A stretch of 64,000 nucleotides of DNA from an uncultured Acidobacteriota bacterium (GTDB lineage: Bacteria; Acidobacteriota; JAQAZP01). Shown here in pieces: positions 20,106 through 28,986 of the stretch. The first letter of the stretch is position 1. Each line of letters starts with the position of its first letter. The stretch spans positions 1,888,001-1,952,000 of the forward strand of contig CAWIIB010000001.1 in assembly GCA_963836075.1 (NCBI GenBank). The letters run 5' to 3'. The translations under genes and the position numbers were made by a program. The notes below the pieces were generated by a model, which was not told the origin of the DNA, searched no databases, and saw only the letters and a list, made by a program, of their open reading frames with translations.

Positions 20106-20372
20106 TCAGGAGGACAGGGTAACCCAGTTTCCGCAAATACCGGAGATCGGCGTGGACATTGATGTCCCGCCGGGGCCAAAGCCGACACCCGCCTGAGCCG
20201 GGCTCAGACTCTCGTCGACGCCCATCCCTGGTCCCAGGTGGCCGGTGAAGGTTTCATAAGCGGTTGAAAAGTGCATGGAACCAGCCGGAGGCGTGAACGT
20301 CTTGCCACAGCCAAGGGCCGAAGTCTCGAAACTCGTCTGAGATTGCATGGTGGGGGGCGAATACTTTTTCAT
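20106..20372 (-). CDS. Small peptide, putative RiPP-precursor-like (88 aa)
   Basis: Strong RBS GGAGGAGAGA-ATG; MKKYSPPTM..FETSALGCGK leader-like N-terminus; Ser/Thr/Gly-rich remainder with a second Cys. Confidence 0.6.
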   Translation of the reverse strand: MKKYSPPTMQSQTSFETSALGCGKTFTPPAGSMHFSTAYETFTGHLGPGMGVDESLSPAQAGVGFGPGGTSMSTPISGICGNWVTLSS

Positions 20373-20578
20373 TCTCTCCTCCGCTGCTGATGGACGCATT
20401 ATCGCTCCGGGTCGATACCGCGCGTCTGGAAAGCAGGCCCATTCAACGACTGAACGGTCCGGGGGAAACCCAAACTTGCCTGCACCGTCAACCAGTACAT
20501 CCTTGCTTCAGGAGCAGCCCAGCACTGGCGGAACGAGTTTCAGACCGAGGCCGTGGCAGCGTTGATCACAGCTTCACG

Positions 20579-20692
20579 TCACTGTGCTCTTTTCGGCTGC
20601 TTGTCCTCCTTTTTCTTCGCTTCCTGCTGCTGTTTACTTTTTTTCTGTTTCTTGATTCTGTCCTTGTCCTTCTTGCCGCCTTTGTCGCCCAT
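20579..20692 (-). CDS. Small lysine-rich protein (37 aa)
   Basis: MGDKGGKKDKDRIKKQKK...; purine-rich RBS-like AAGGGTGA; strongly biased composition. Confidence 0.55.
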   Translation of the reverse strand: MGDKGGKKDKDRIKKQKKSKQQQEAKKKEDKQPKRAQ

Positions 20693-21421
20693 TGTTTCAC
20701 CCTTTCCCCTGCCAGGTTCATCGTTCAGGCACAGCCGCAGGTTCACATCTATAGTATTGATATGATGCATCATAAAGTGGGTTTAAGCAATAAAAATCGA
20801 TAGTGCTGTTCGGCCAGTAAGGGCAACAGCTTTATTGAATCGGGATGGGGTCCACCTCTGTCCACCGGGAACCCACTGCAGAACCAGCTCAGATTTTCTT
20901 CGCGCAGCCGCGTGCCCCTGTGGGAACTGGATGATGTACTCTATGTAAAAAATTACCCTGAATACCAATAATTATCTGCTCACAGCCGGTTACGCTCGAG
21001 GGGGCCATTACAAATATATGTATTATTGTCATGTGTTTATACCCACACAAGGATACGACGCCAAGGCAGTGGAATAACAATTGCTTATTGTACGCCATAC
21101 AACCAAATATACAAAAGGTCAGTTCATCCAACTGTATTAGGACCTATGATCTGGCCTTGGCAAATGTTCATTCCCGAAATGGGATACAACAACAGCGCAT
21201 TTTGCTGTTATGTATCTAAGGTGTTTAATTTTTCAACCCACTCACATCGCTCACGGGCCGGGAGGGGAGGTGTCATTTTTGGAGGTACTCGCGGTGAGTA
21301 GCGGGGCGCATTCCACCCAGGTGGAGCGTTCGGCGACTACCGTGAGGTGATATACCCGTGTTGATTTGTTCATAATCCACTACACGGTCAGAATTCCTAT
21401 TCCATTTGGAGGAAATAGCTG

Positions 21422-23146
21422 ATGAAGAAGTATTTCCTGATTTTCGCCCTGGTGATCTGTTTCTGTTCCTGGGGTGCCGTGGCCGACGAGACCACCTGTT
21501 TCCCCACGGCTGCCGCTGACAACACCGGCTCCACCGACGGCGCGACCATCACCGACTCGAGCATGATCCGTGGTTACAGCATGGAGGATGGCTGGGCCAA
21601 GTTTGACGTGTCCGCCATTCCTGACACCAATACGGTGACCCAGGTCGACTTCAACTTCTATGTGAACAGCACGTACCATCCCTACTGGAGCACCACTCCG
21701 GTGACCATCGATCCGGTGGGCGCCGACCCGGCCGCACTCGCCAGTGACATCACTGCCGAAGCGAGCACCGGCTACTACAACTATCAGAACGAGTCGAGCA
21801 CTTACGCTCCTGGGTGGAAAACGCTGACCCTGGGCGGCAATGCCGTGGCCGACATAAACGCCGCCCTGGCCGGCGACGCATTCACGGTGGGTATCGCCAG
21901 CCGCGACAACAGCACGACCTACTACATCATCATGGACGGCTGGAACGAGGCCAACGCGCCCTACTTGGTAGTGACGCACACCGCCGATGAGATCTGCTTC
22001 CACGACGGTTGCTCGGACGCCTATCCCATCGCATCCGGCGAGCTGTTCCAGGGCAGGAACTGTGCCTGCACCGACGACTTCCAGGATTACGCTTGTGCCC
22101 CCTGGAGCTTCCTCGGACCGGACCAGGTGTTCACCATCGACCTGGAATGCACCGGCACCCAGATCGACGTGAACTGCACGCCGACCGACGGGTGGGATCC
22201 GGCCATCGCCATCGGTTTTGAGTGCTCAAACGGGAACCTGGTCTGCCTCGCCGCCGCGGACGCGGGATTTGGCGGTGATCCGGAGGCCATCAGCTATCTC
22301 ACCACCGTCGGTGAAGTGGGTACTCTCTACATCTTCGTCGATTCCTACTATTCAGGAGGAGGCCTGGAATGCGGCGATTATGACCTGACCGTTACTTTGG
22401 ACAACGGCATTCCCAACGACGTCTGCACGGACGCCATCCCCGTGGCCGTGCCCTCGGTGACCCACGGCACCACCGATTGCGCCACGTTCGACGGGGCGCC
22501 GCTCTGCGTGACTTCGCAGACCGCGCCAGGTGTCTGGTACTCGGTTATCGGCACGGGCGTCACCATGTATGCCGAAACCTGCGGTCCCACCTACTGGTAT
22601 GATACCAAGATCTCGGTATTCACCGACGGCTGCGACACGCTGACCTGTGTCACCGGCAACGACGACAACTGCCCGGACGGCGCCAGCGGACTGCTGAGCG
22701 GTGTCCTGTGGGACAGCGTCGAGGGGCAGGAGTACCTGATCCTGGTGCACGGCTTCAGTTCTGCCACCGGTGAGTTCGACCTCTATGTGGATTCCGATGT
22801 GGTGGACACCTTCGACGTGACCATCACCTGCGTCACGCCGTCTGTTGTAATTCCCGGCATGGTGAGCCTGAGTGTCGACGTGACCAACCTCACCGACGCG
22901 CCGATCACCGTGAGCGGCCACGTGGACGCCACCCTCTGCAACGGCGTCGAGGTAGGACCGATCCGCAACGGTTTCCTCTACCTCAACCCGTTCGAGACCA
23001 AGGCCATCGCGTGGACACAGGGGCTTTGGGCGGCCAATCCCAGGACCTGCGACTGTGATCTGATCTGGACGGTCTACGCACAGGATGATGCAACGCTCGT
23101 CGAAAAGACGAACTCCTGCGTCATCTCCACGACGTGCCCTAAATAG
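21422..23146 (+). CDS. Secreted Cys-rich protein: DNRLRE/CBM96-like N-domain, two PPC-like domains, divergent C-terminal domain
   Basis: GGAGG RBS, signal peptide; KFDVSAIP..FNFYVN..PYWS domain shared with 27320-28723; NDVCTDAIPV-type modules. Confidence 0.8.
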   Translation: MKKYFLIFALVICFCSWGAVADETTCFPTAAADNTGSTDGATITDSSMIRGYSMEDGWAKFDVSAIPDTNTVTQVDFNFYVNSTYHPYWSTTPVTIDPVGADPAALASDITAEASTGYYNYQNESSTYAPGWKTLTLGGNAVADINAALAGDAFTVGIASRDNSTTYYIIMDGWNEANAPYLVVTHTADEICFHDGCSDAYPIASGELFQGRNCACTDDFQDYACAPWSFLGPDQVFTIDLECTGTQIDVNCTPTDGWDPAIAIGFECSNGNLVCLAAADAGFGGDPEAISYLTTVGEVGTLYIFVDSYYSGGGLECGDYDLTVTLDNGIPNDVCTDAIPVAVPSVTHGTTDCATFDGAPLCVTSQTAPGVWYSVIGTGVTMYAETCGPTYWYDTKISVFTDGCDTLTCVTGNDDNCPDGASGLLSGVLWDSVEGQEYLILVHGFSSATGEFDLYVDSDVVDTFDVTITCVTPSVVIPGMVSLSVDVTNLTDAPITVSGHVDATLCNGVEVGPIRNGFLYLNPFETKAIAWTQGLWAANPRTCDCDLIWTVYAQDDATLVEKTNSCVISTTCPK

Positions 23147-23160
23147 GTACACGTTATGAA

Positions 23161-23199
23161 AGTGGGGTGCGGTCGCCCGACCGCACCCCACTCCCTTTT
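23161..23199 (+). terminator. Intrinsic terminator
   Basis: 14-bp perfect stem AGTGGGGTGCGGTC/GACCGCACCCCACT followed by ccctttt, just after stop. Confidence 0.75.
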
Positions 23200-23467
23200 C
23201 ACCAGCTTCAGATCCACCCCATCATTCTCAGACCGGTTCCCACTCGTCCCAGCCGGCAACCCATCCTGCTGATGATGTATTCGATTTAACTCGAACAGGT
23301 TTCCACTGATTGCCGAGCCCAGAGCCGAGATTGTCATGTTTCAGGCGGCAATATAACGGCTCCCGGGGGCCACGGTGGCGGTACTGTTCAGCAGCTTCCA
23401 TTGGCTATATGTGTCTGATACTCGATGGACGGGGAAGCTCGCAGCATATATGCCATGCCTTGTGTAC

Positions 23468-23506
23468 AAAAGAAAACGGGATGAAGCCCAAAGAACCTCA
23501 TCCCGT
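23468..23506 (-). terminator. Intrinsic terminator of RRM gene 2
   Basis: ACGGGATGA/TCATCCCGT stem + TTTTCTTTT; homologous to 19170-19205. Confidence 0.75.
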
Positions 23507-23589
23507 CTTTATCGAAAGACCCCGGTCGGATCGGGTCTCCACCTGAACTTTACAGAGGCACCACCGGCACGGCACCGGGATGCAGCACT

Positions 23590-23850
23590 CTAGTACCGGG
23601 AACCCCGCTCTTCACGGGGCTTCGCCTCGTTGACTTTCAGGTTGCGGCCGCCGAGTTCCTTGCCGTCGAGGGCGCGGATGGCTTCGTCGCCACCCGAGGA
23701 CATCTCGATAAAACCGAATCCCCGCGCACGACCGGTGTCACGGTCGGTGATCAGCTTGACTTCGTCCACGGTGCCGTGCTGTTCGAACAGCTCGCGGATA
23801 TCGCTCTCGGTGGAATCAAAGGACAGGTTTCCAACATAGATATTCGTCAT
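23590..23850 (-). CDS. Single-RRM RNA-binding protein, copy 2
   Basis: MTNIYVGNLSF..RGFGFIEM; near-identical to 19290-19550. Confidence 0.95.
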   Translation of the reverse strand: MTNIYVGNLSFDSTESDIRELFEQHGTVDEVKLITDRDTGRARGFGFIEMSSGGDEAIRALDGKELGGRNLKVNEAKPREERGSRY

Positions 23851-24236
23851 GGTCTTTCTTCTCGTTTCCTTTTCAAGATCAGACCCAGGGAAGGCCCCTG
23901 GTTGATCGTCCCCGGGGCTCAGCAAATTCAGCTGAATGCTCGGAGGGCCCCTTTCGGGGTTGGTGTTCTCTTGACTTGGGCACCAGTCGTCACCGCTGAC
24001 CACTGATGCTCAGATGACTCTTGCGTTGTCGCGCTCCTCTTTGCGCATTCAAACCTTGCTGCCCGATGGACTCATTTTGAGCATCCACAACGGTTAAACC
24101 GGACCGGCAGTCTGAATGGGCGCCGACCCGACCACTGTTGCGGCTGCGAGCTTTCGATCCACATCCACGCAATAAAAAGGGGACGATCTCAAGACCGTCC
24201 CTCTCACTTGCGTGCGACATGTCCGAAAACTCAAGC
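23851..24236 (-). ncRNA. Candidate structured 5' leader RNA of RRM gene 2 with internal terminator (24171-24205)
   Basis: Paralog of 19551-19941; extended -10 TGaTATAGT at 24239-24247. Confidence 0.6.
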
Positions 24237-24588
24237 TGACTATATCACCAACGAAGCGAAAAGCATAGTAAAATTAATATTTTACACCGAACCCGTCACC
24301 GTGCAGGTGGCCCTGTGAGACTGATGATGGGGCCAATGTAACCACTAACCAGCAAATATCCTTGGTCGCAGGTGGGATCAGGTGGATCAGCCGATTCCTC
24401 ATGCTGATGGCATCTTTCCTCCTGTTGGCCAAGACATTGCGGAGGATGAACCCCCGGAGAAGCCACGCGGCATGGCAATTAACCACTATTTCTTGCTTTG
24501 GCAACACCCCAGCCCTATATTTTACGTTGATAGATAAACCAATGGCGGTCATGGGCTGACGAGCGAATGAGGAGATAAGGAGACAACA

Positions 24589-26955
24589 ATGAGAATCGAC
24601 AACCGTTTCAAGGGGGGCATGGCTCTCAGGTGGGCGATGACCCTGGCCTTTCTCCTGATCCCACCCTCACCGGCATCGACGATAGCATTTGCCGGCGCCG
24701 GTCTCGACCAGGATACCGGATCCATCATTCTGCTCAAGTATGGCGCATTCAATCCCCTGGTTGGCGAACCGGAGGTGCCGGCCGAGCTCACCTCCGAGAC
24801 CGTTAGTAGCATCAGGCTGGTCCAGGTATCCGGCCCGCTCACCTCACCGGAAATTCTTTCCCTGGAGGACGCCGGGGCCACTCTGCTCAGCTACGTACCG
24901 GAAAATACATACCTGGCCCACGTCCCGCCTCAGGCACTCCCGCGTCTCCGGGCCCTGCCCGTGGTCCTGTGGGTGGGTCACTATCATCCCGCCTATAAAA
25001 TTCAAGCCGGGTTGCTCGAGCGGGAGGAGGCGCAGATCGAGATCAACATACTGCTCTTCCCTCAGCTGGCCGAAGAGAATGATCGGATAGCGCTGGGTGC
25101 CGAGATTGCATCTCTGGGGGGGCAACTCACCTTCCAGGAGGAGCTGTCCCACGTTCTTCGTGCCACCGTTCCACCGGCTGCGGTGATTTCACTGGCCAAA
25201 CTCCCCCAGGTTCATTGGATCGACCGCTACGATCCACCGCGAAAGGACATGGACGCTGTCCGCGAGATGATCGGGGCCACCTCGGTGTTTACTTTCGGCT
25301 TTGACGGCACCGGTATCACCGGCGCGGTAAAGGACGCGGGAATCGATCCGACTCATCCCGACTTCGGGAATCTCATCGGCACCCAGGGAAATCCAGGGGT
25401 GGACGAGCATGGTACCTGCACCTTTGGCATCGTTTTTGCCGACGGGACCGATAGCGTCCAGGCCATGGGAATGATGCCCGGAGGAGACGGGGTTTTCTGC
25501 AACTGGGACTGGGGCCGGAACTGGTCGATTCACGACCTGTTCCATTCCTATGGGGGGGTCTTTCAGTCCAACAGCTGGAGTCAGGGCCTGCATAACGGGG
25601 ACTACACCAGTTACTCCGACTCGAACGACGGCGCCATCAACAGCTATGATGTGTCCATGCTCTACTCTGCTGGAAACAGCCCGGTCAGTGTGGGGGCCGT
25701 CACCATTTCCCAGGATTCAGCAGCCAAAAACGTAATCTGTGTCGGCGGTGTATTTCACAAGGGCGACACCAACCAGGACAACGATGAGTGGCACAACTAT
25801 TTTGGGGCCGGGACCACACCCAGCCAGGGCCCGGCGGCCGACGGCCGGATCAAACCCGATCTCTGCGGCTATGTGGACTTAATCTACACCACTGATATTG
25901 TCGGCGCCGGCGGCTATACCTCCGGGAACTATGTCAGCGACTTTGGCGGAACCAGCGGGGCCTGTCCCATCGTGGCCGGTGCGGCGGGTCTGACCTATGA
26001 CATGTATATCGACAACCATTTCGGCAACAACACCGCCGGCGACACGCCACTGCCGGCCACAATCAAGGCACTGCTGATTGCCAACGCTTATCAGTACAGC
26101 CTCAGCGGTTCCTACTCCGCAACCCGCTACCAGCAGGGCTGGGGGGCACCTGACCTTGACCGGACCCACCAGGCAGGTTCCAATCAGGTCATTGTGGATG
26201 GCGGCACCGCCCTGAGTACCGGGGAAAGCTGGAGTACGGTCGTCACTCGTTACAGCGGCGCGGAGCCGTTGAAGATCTCTCTGGTCTGGAGTGATAAGGC
26301 CGGTGAAGCCTCGGCCTCGAAGGCGTTGATCAACGATCTGGATCTCATCGTGACCGCACCGGGCGGCTCTACCTTCCACGGCAACTATGGGCTTACCTAC
26401 AACCGGTATTCCACGGCCAGCGGTTCAGCCGACCGTCTGAACAACGTGGAAAATGTCTTCATCCAGTCCCCGGCCGAAGGCGACTACACCATTGAAGTTT
26501 TCGCCTACGACGTGGCCCTGGACAATCACCCCGACGCCGGGGTGAACCAGGATTTCTCACTGGTGGCCTCCATGGCCCTGGAAGGGGGGGCGAGCGATAC
26601 CATGCACGCAGTGATGGCTTGTGTCCCCACCTCGGGCACACTGCCCGCCACCGTCCAGATTCAGCCGCAACTGTGCAACGATGATTGGTTCACCCGCAAA
26701 CTTGCCGGTCATATCGATCTGACGATCGCCAACGGAGCAACTTACACCAACTGGCGCGCCGGCAATACCAACGTGGATCCCGGTGAATGTTATTACGGTC
26801 CGTTCAACATCAACCTGCCAAACCTCGGCACACTCAAAGGGGACAATATCTTTGTTCTGGTGGGTGAGGATGTAACGCCCCCGCCCTACAACCAACCCCC
26901 ATATTCCCCCGCCGGTGATTCGGACAGCGATGCCGGCACCTTCACCGGTTATTGA
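24589..26955 (+). CDS. Secreted S8 (subtilisin-like) serine peptidase with shared C-terminal domain
   Basis: Triad VKDAG / EHGT / GGTSGACP, SAGN oxyanion Asn, GRIKPDL, NNVE P-domain-like region; EDVTPPPYNQPPY CTD. Confidence 0.92.
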   Translation: MRIDNRFKGGMALRWAMTLAFLLIPPSPASTIAFAGAGLDQDTGSIILLKYGAFNPLVGEPEVPAELTSETVSSIRLVQVSGPLTSPEILSLEDAGATLLSYVPENTYLAHVPPQALPRLRALPVVLWVGHYHPAYKIQAGLLEREEAQIEINILLFPQLAEENDRIALGAEIASLGGQLTFQEELSHVLRATVPPAAVISLAKLPQVHWIDRYDPPRKDMDAVREMIGATSVFTFGFDGTGITGAVKDAGIDPTHPDFGNLIGTQGNPGVDEHGTCTFGIVFADGTDSVQAMGMMPGGDGVFCNWDWGRNWSIHDLFHSYGGVFQSNSWSQGLHNGDYTSYSDSNDGAINSYDVSMLYSAGNSPVSVGAVTISQDSAAKNVICVGGVFHKGDTNQDNDEWHNYFGAGTTPSQGPAADGRIKPDLCGYVDLIYTTDIVGAGGYTSGNYVSDFGGTSGACPIVAGAAGLTYDMYIDNHFGNNTAGDTPLPATIKALLIANAYQYSLSGSYSATRYQQGWGAPDLDRTHQAGSNQVIVDGGTALSTGESWSTVVTRYSGAEPLKISLVWSDKAGEASASKALINDLDLIVTAPGGSTFHGNYGLTYNRYSTASGSADRLNNVENVFIQSPAEGDYTIEVFAYDVALDNHPDAGVNQDFSLVASMALEGGASDTMHAVMACVPTSGTLPATVQIQPQLCNDDWFTRKLAGHIDLTIANGATYTNWRAGNTNVDPGECYYGPFNINLPNLGTLKGDNIFVLVGEDVTPPPYNQPPYSPAGDSDSDAGTFTGY

Positions 26956-26962
26956 TCCCAAC

Positions 26963-27003
26963 CATCATTCCAACGCCCCCCGCCGGGGGGCGTTGGAATG
27001 ATG
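26963..27003. terminator. 19-bp perfect hairpin between convergent genes
   Basis: CATCATTCCAACGCCCCCC-gcc-GGGGGGCGTTGGAATGATG, 7 nt after the S8 stop; no U-tract. Confidence 0.55.
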
Positions 27004-27251
27004 AGGATAGAGAGAAAGGGGGAAACGCAGTTCAGTCAAGCAGCCTGGAACTCGACCTGCTGCGGCCGCCGGAAAATGCAACCGAGCTATCGATGTGGCG
27101 GCCGGAGGTCCCAACCTGCTACTGATGTATTTAACCTTTTGAATACAAAGGACGGTGGTGCGGTGAGCAGGATCAACCGTCGGACGTAGTCATGGCTGGC
27201 CGTACGGAGCAACACCGGCCCGGTTAGTCCCGAGCCGGTGCCCGCTAGATA

Positions 27252-27287
27252 TCAGGGTTCGATCCCCGTCACCGTACAGGAGGCCGC
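27252..27287 (-). pseudogene. Relic 3' tail of a CTD-bearing gene (AASCTVTGIEP*)
   Basis: cccgtcaccgtacaggag matches the CTVTG-IAP ends of neighbouring genes. Confidence 0.6.
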
Positions 27288-27319
27288 CGTTAAGCGGACT
27301 CCATCAGTCCCTGACCGGG

Positions 27320-28723
27320 TCAGGGAGCAACGCCCACCACCACGTTGGCGCTGGTGCAGGTCGTTCCCGAAGCCGGATAGGGCGGCTGGTTGTAAGGAGC
27401 AGGCGTCACGTCCTCGGCGGTCAGTACAAAGGTGTTGCTGCCGATCACCGTGCCCGTTGCCGGGAGGTTGGCCGGAAACTGGATGGTGAAATTGCTCTGC
27501 GGCTGGATATCGGTGAAATTGGCACGCCACGGGTCGTAGACGTTGCCGTTGGCCAGGGTCACCGCAATCCGTCCGGCCACGCAGCGGAACCAGTCCGGTC
27601 CGCCGCTGTTCAGGTTGGACAAGGTGATCCGGTGGGTCATGGAGAAGGGCACCGTGCCCGACAGCGGAGTCACCGTGTAGTCGCAGTCAATGGGACCGGT
27701 GGCGAGGCAACTGATGTCCACCCCCAGTTCGAAGGTGCCGACACCGCCGTCAGTGCGACTGTCGACAATGATGTAGTAAGTCTGGGTGGAGGTCTGGCTG
27801 TAGCAGAAAACCTCGTCCTCACCACCGGCCAACCAGCCGCTGGCGCCGGCCACGCAGGTGCCGTTGACATCAGCGCAGTCAGTGACCATGTAGACACCGC
27901 CGTTCCAGGTCATCACGCTCTGGTTGAGCGTGACGCAGACTTCGCAGTGGCCCGGCAATGTGATGATGTAGGTCACGTCCTTGCCGGCATGGTCCAAACC
28001 GCCGACGCAGGCCGCGGTACAGTCGTAGTCGTTGGTGGCCAGGGTGATGTCACCGGTGTAGCTGCTGCTGCCGGGGGTGCCCGGGATCACGATGGCTCCG
28101 GCGCAGGTATCGTTGGCCGGCGGCGGCGTATCGGTGACCACCAGGTAGGGCACGTTGGCGCCGGTGTGGCCGTCGATCTCCAGGTAGTAGGTGGTGGTCG
28201 TGTCACGGCTGGCAGCACCGATGGTGAACCAGTCCTGGGCCAGGGCAGCGGTGAGATCGGCGTTGGCCGTGCCGCCCAGCGCCAGCGTCTTCCAGCCAAC
28301 ATCGTAGGTGGAAGACTCGTTCAGGTAATTGTAATAACCAGCAATTATCTCAGCCTGGGCATCGTCCCAGAGCAGGGCGGCGGTGGAATCGATGGGCACC
28401 GGGTCGAGGTCCACCGGCGTCACACTCCAGTAGGGCCAGTTGGTGTTGTTGACGTAGAAGTTGAATACCAACCCGGTAACTGTTGTGCCATCGGGTATCG
28501 AGCTGATGTCAAACTTGAAGAACGCGGTTTCCATCCGGGTGGTGCCGGTGGAAGCGCCGCCGTAGACCAGGGCCTCACCGTCGGTCTTGACGTCGTAGGT
28601 GGTGGTGCCGGTGGTGAAATCCTCCGTGGTGGGGTAGACCGTCCAGGTTGCGGCCATGGCGCCGATATCCAGAACGGGCAGGCAAAGGAATAGGATGGCC
28701 AGACTCGTCAATGTTTTGAGCAT
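27320..28723 (-). CDS. Secreted protein: DNRLRE-like domain + PPC-like domain + shared CTD
   Basis: Signal peptide MLKTLTSLAIL; FKFDISSIP; PANDTCAGA; EDVTPAPYNQPPYP. Confidence 0.85.
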   Translation of the reverse strand: MLKTLTSLAILFLCLPVLDIGAMAATWTVYPTTEDFTTGTTTYDVKTDGEALVYGGASTGTTRMETAFFKFDISSIPDGTTVTGLVFNFYVNNTNWPYWSVTPVDLDPVPIDSTAALLWDDAQAEIIAGYYNYLNESSTYDVGWKTLALGGTANADLTAALAQDWFTIGAASRDTTTTYYLEIDGHTGANVPYLVVTDTPPPANDTCAGAIVIPGTPGSSSYTGDITLATNDYDCTAACVGGLDHAGKDVTYIITLPGHCEVCVTLNQSVMTWNGGVYMVTDCADVNGTCVAGASGWLAGGEDEVFCYSQTSTQTYYIIVDSRTDGGVGTFELGVDISCLATGPIDCDYTVTPLSGTVPFSMTHRITLSNLNSGGPDWFRCVAGRIAVTLANGNVYDPWRANFTDIQPQSNFTIQFPANLPATGTVIGSNTFVLTAEDVTPAPYNQPPYPASGTTCTSANVVVGVAP

Positions 28724-28802
28724 GGTAGCTGCCTCTTTTGATTGAATATACAGAGAGATTCGACGCTGAGATCAAAGTGATCCCACCACTTTTTTCACAA
28801 TG

Positions 28803-28831
28803 AATATAGTTTCTTTCGAGACAAAGGACAA
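28803..28831 (-). promoter_or_regulatory. sigma70-type promoter TTGTCC-17-TATATT
   Basis: Exact 17-bp spacing; homologous promoters precede the other array genes. Confidence 0.7.
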
Positions 28832-28888
28832 GTGGGTTTTCGAGAGTAAGCATCCGGTGGCCCAACATTGCTGATGATGTAGTCAATT

Positions 28889-28901
28889 TAAGTTGTTGAT
28901 A
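28889..28901 (-). promoter_or_regulatory. IHF-like site (TATCAACAACTTA)
   Basis: Matches WATCAANNNNTTR; equivalent at 39396-39408 and near matches at ~27131, ~31002, ~41257. Confidence 0.55.
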
Positions 28902-28986
28902 ACAATAGATCGGCTATTTTGCTGGGATCGTTTTCTGGATGCGCTACGAGGCCTGCCCGATCAATGTCGCTGTTTCACCCGATCGT

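Noticed and set aside
20780-21420. Short ORFs in the AT-rich intergenic stretch
   Set aside because: No RBS, motif or codon-bias support; more likely the regulatory region of 21422.
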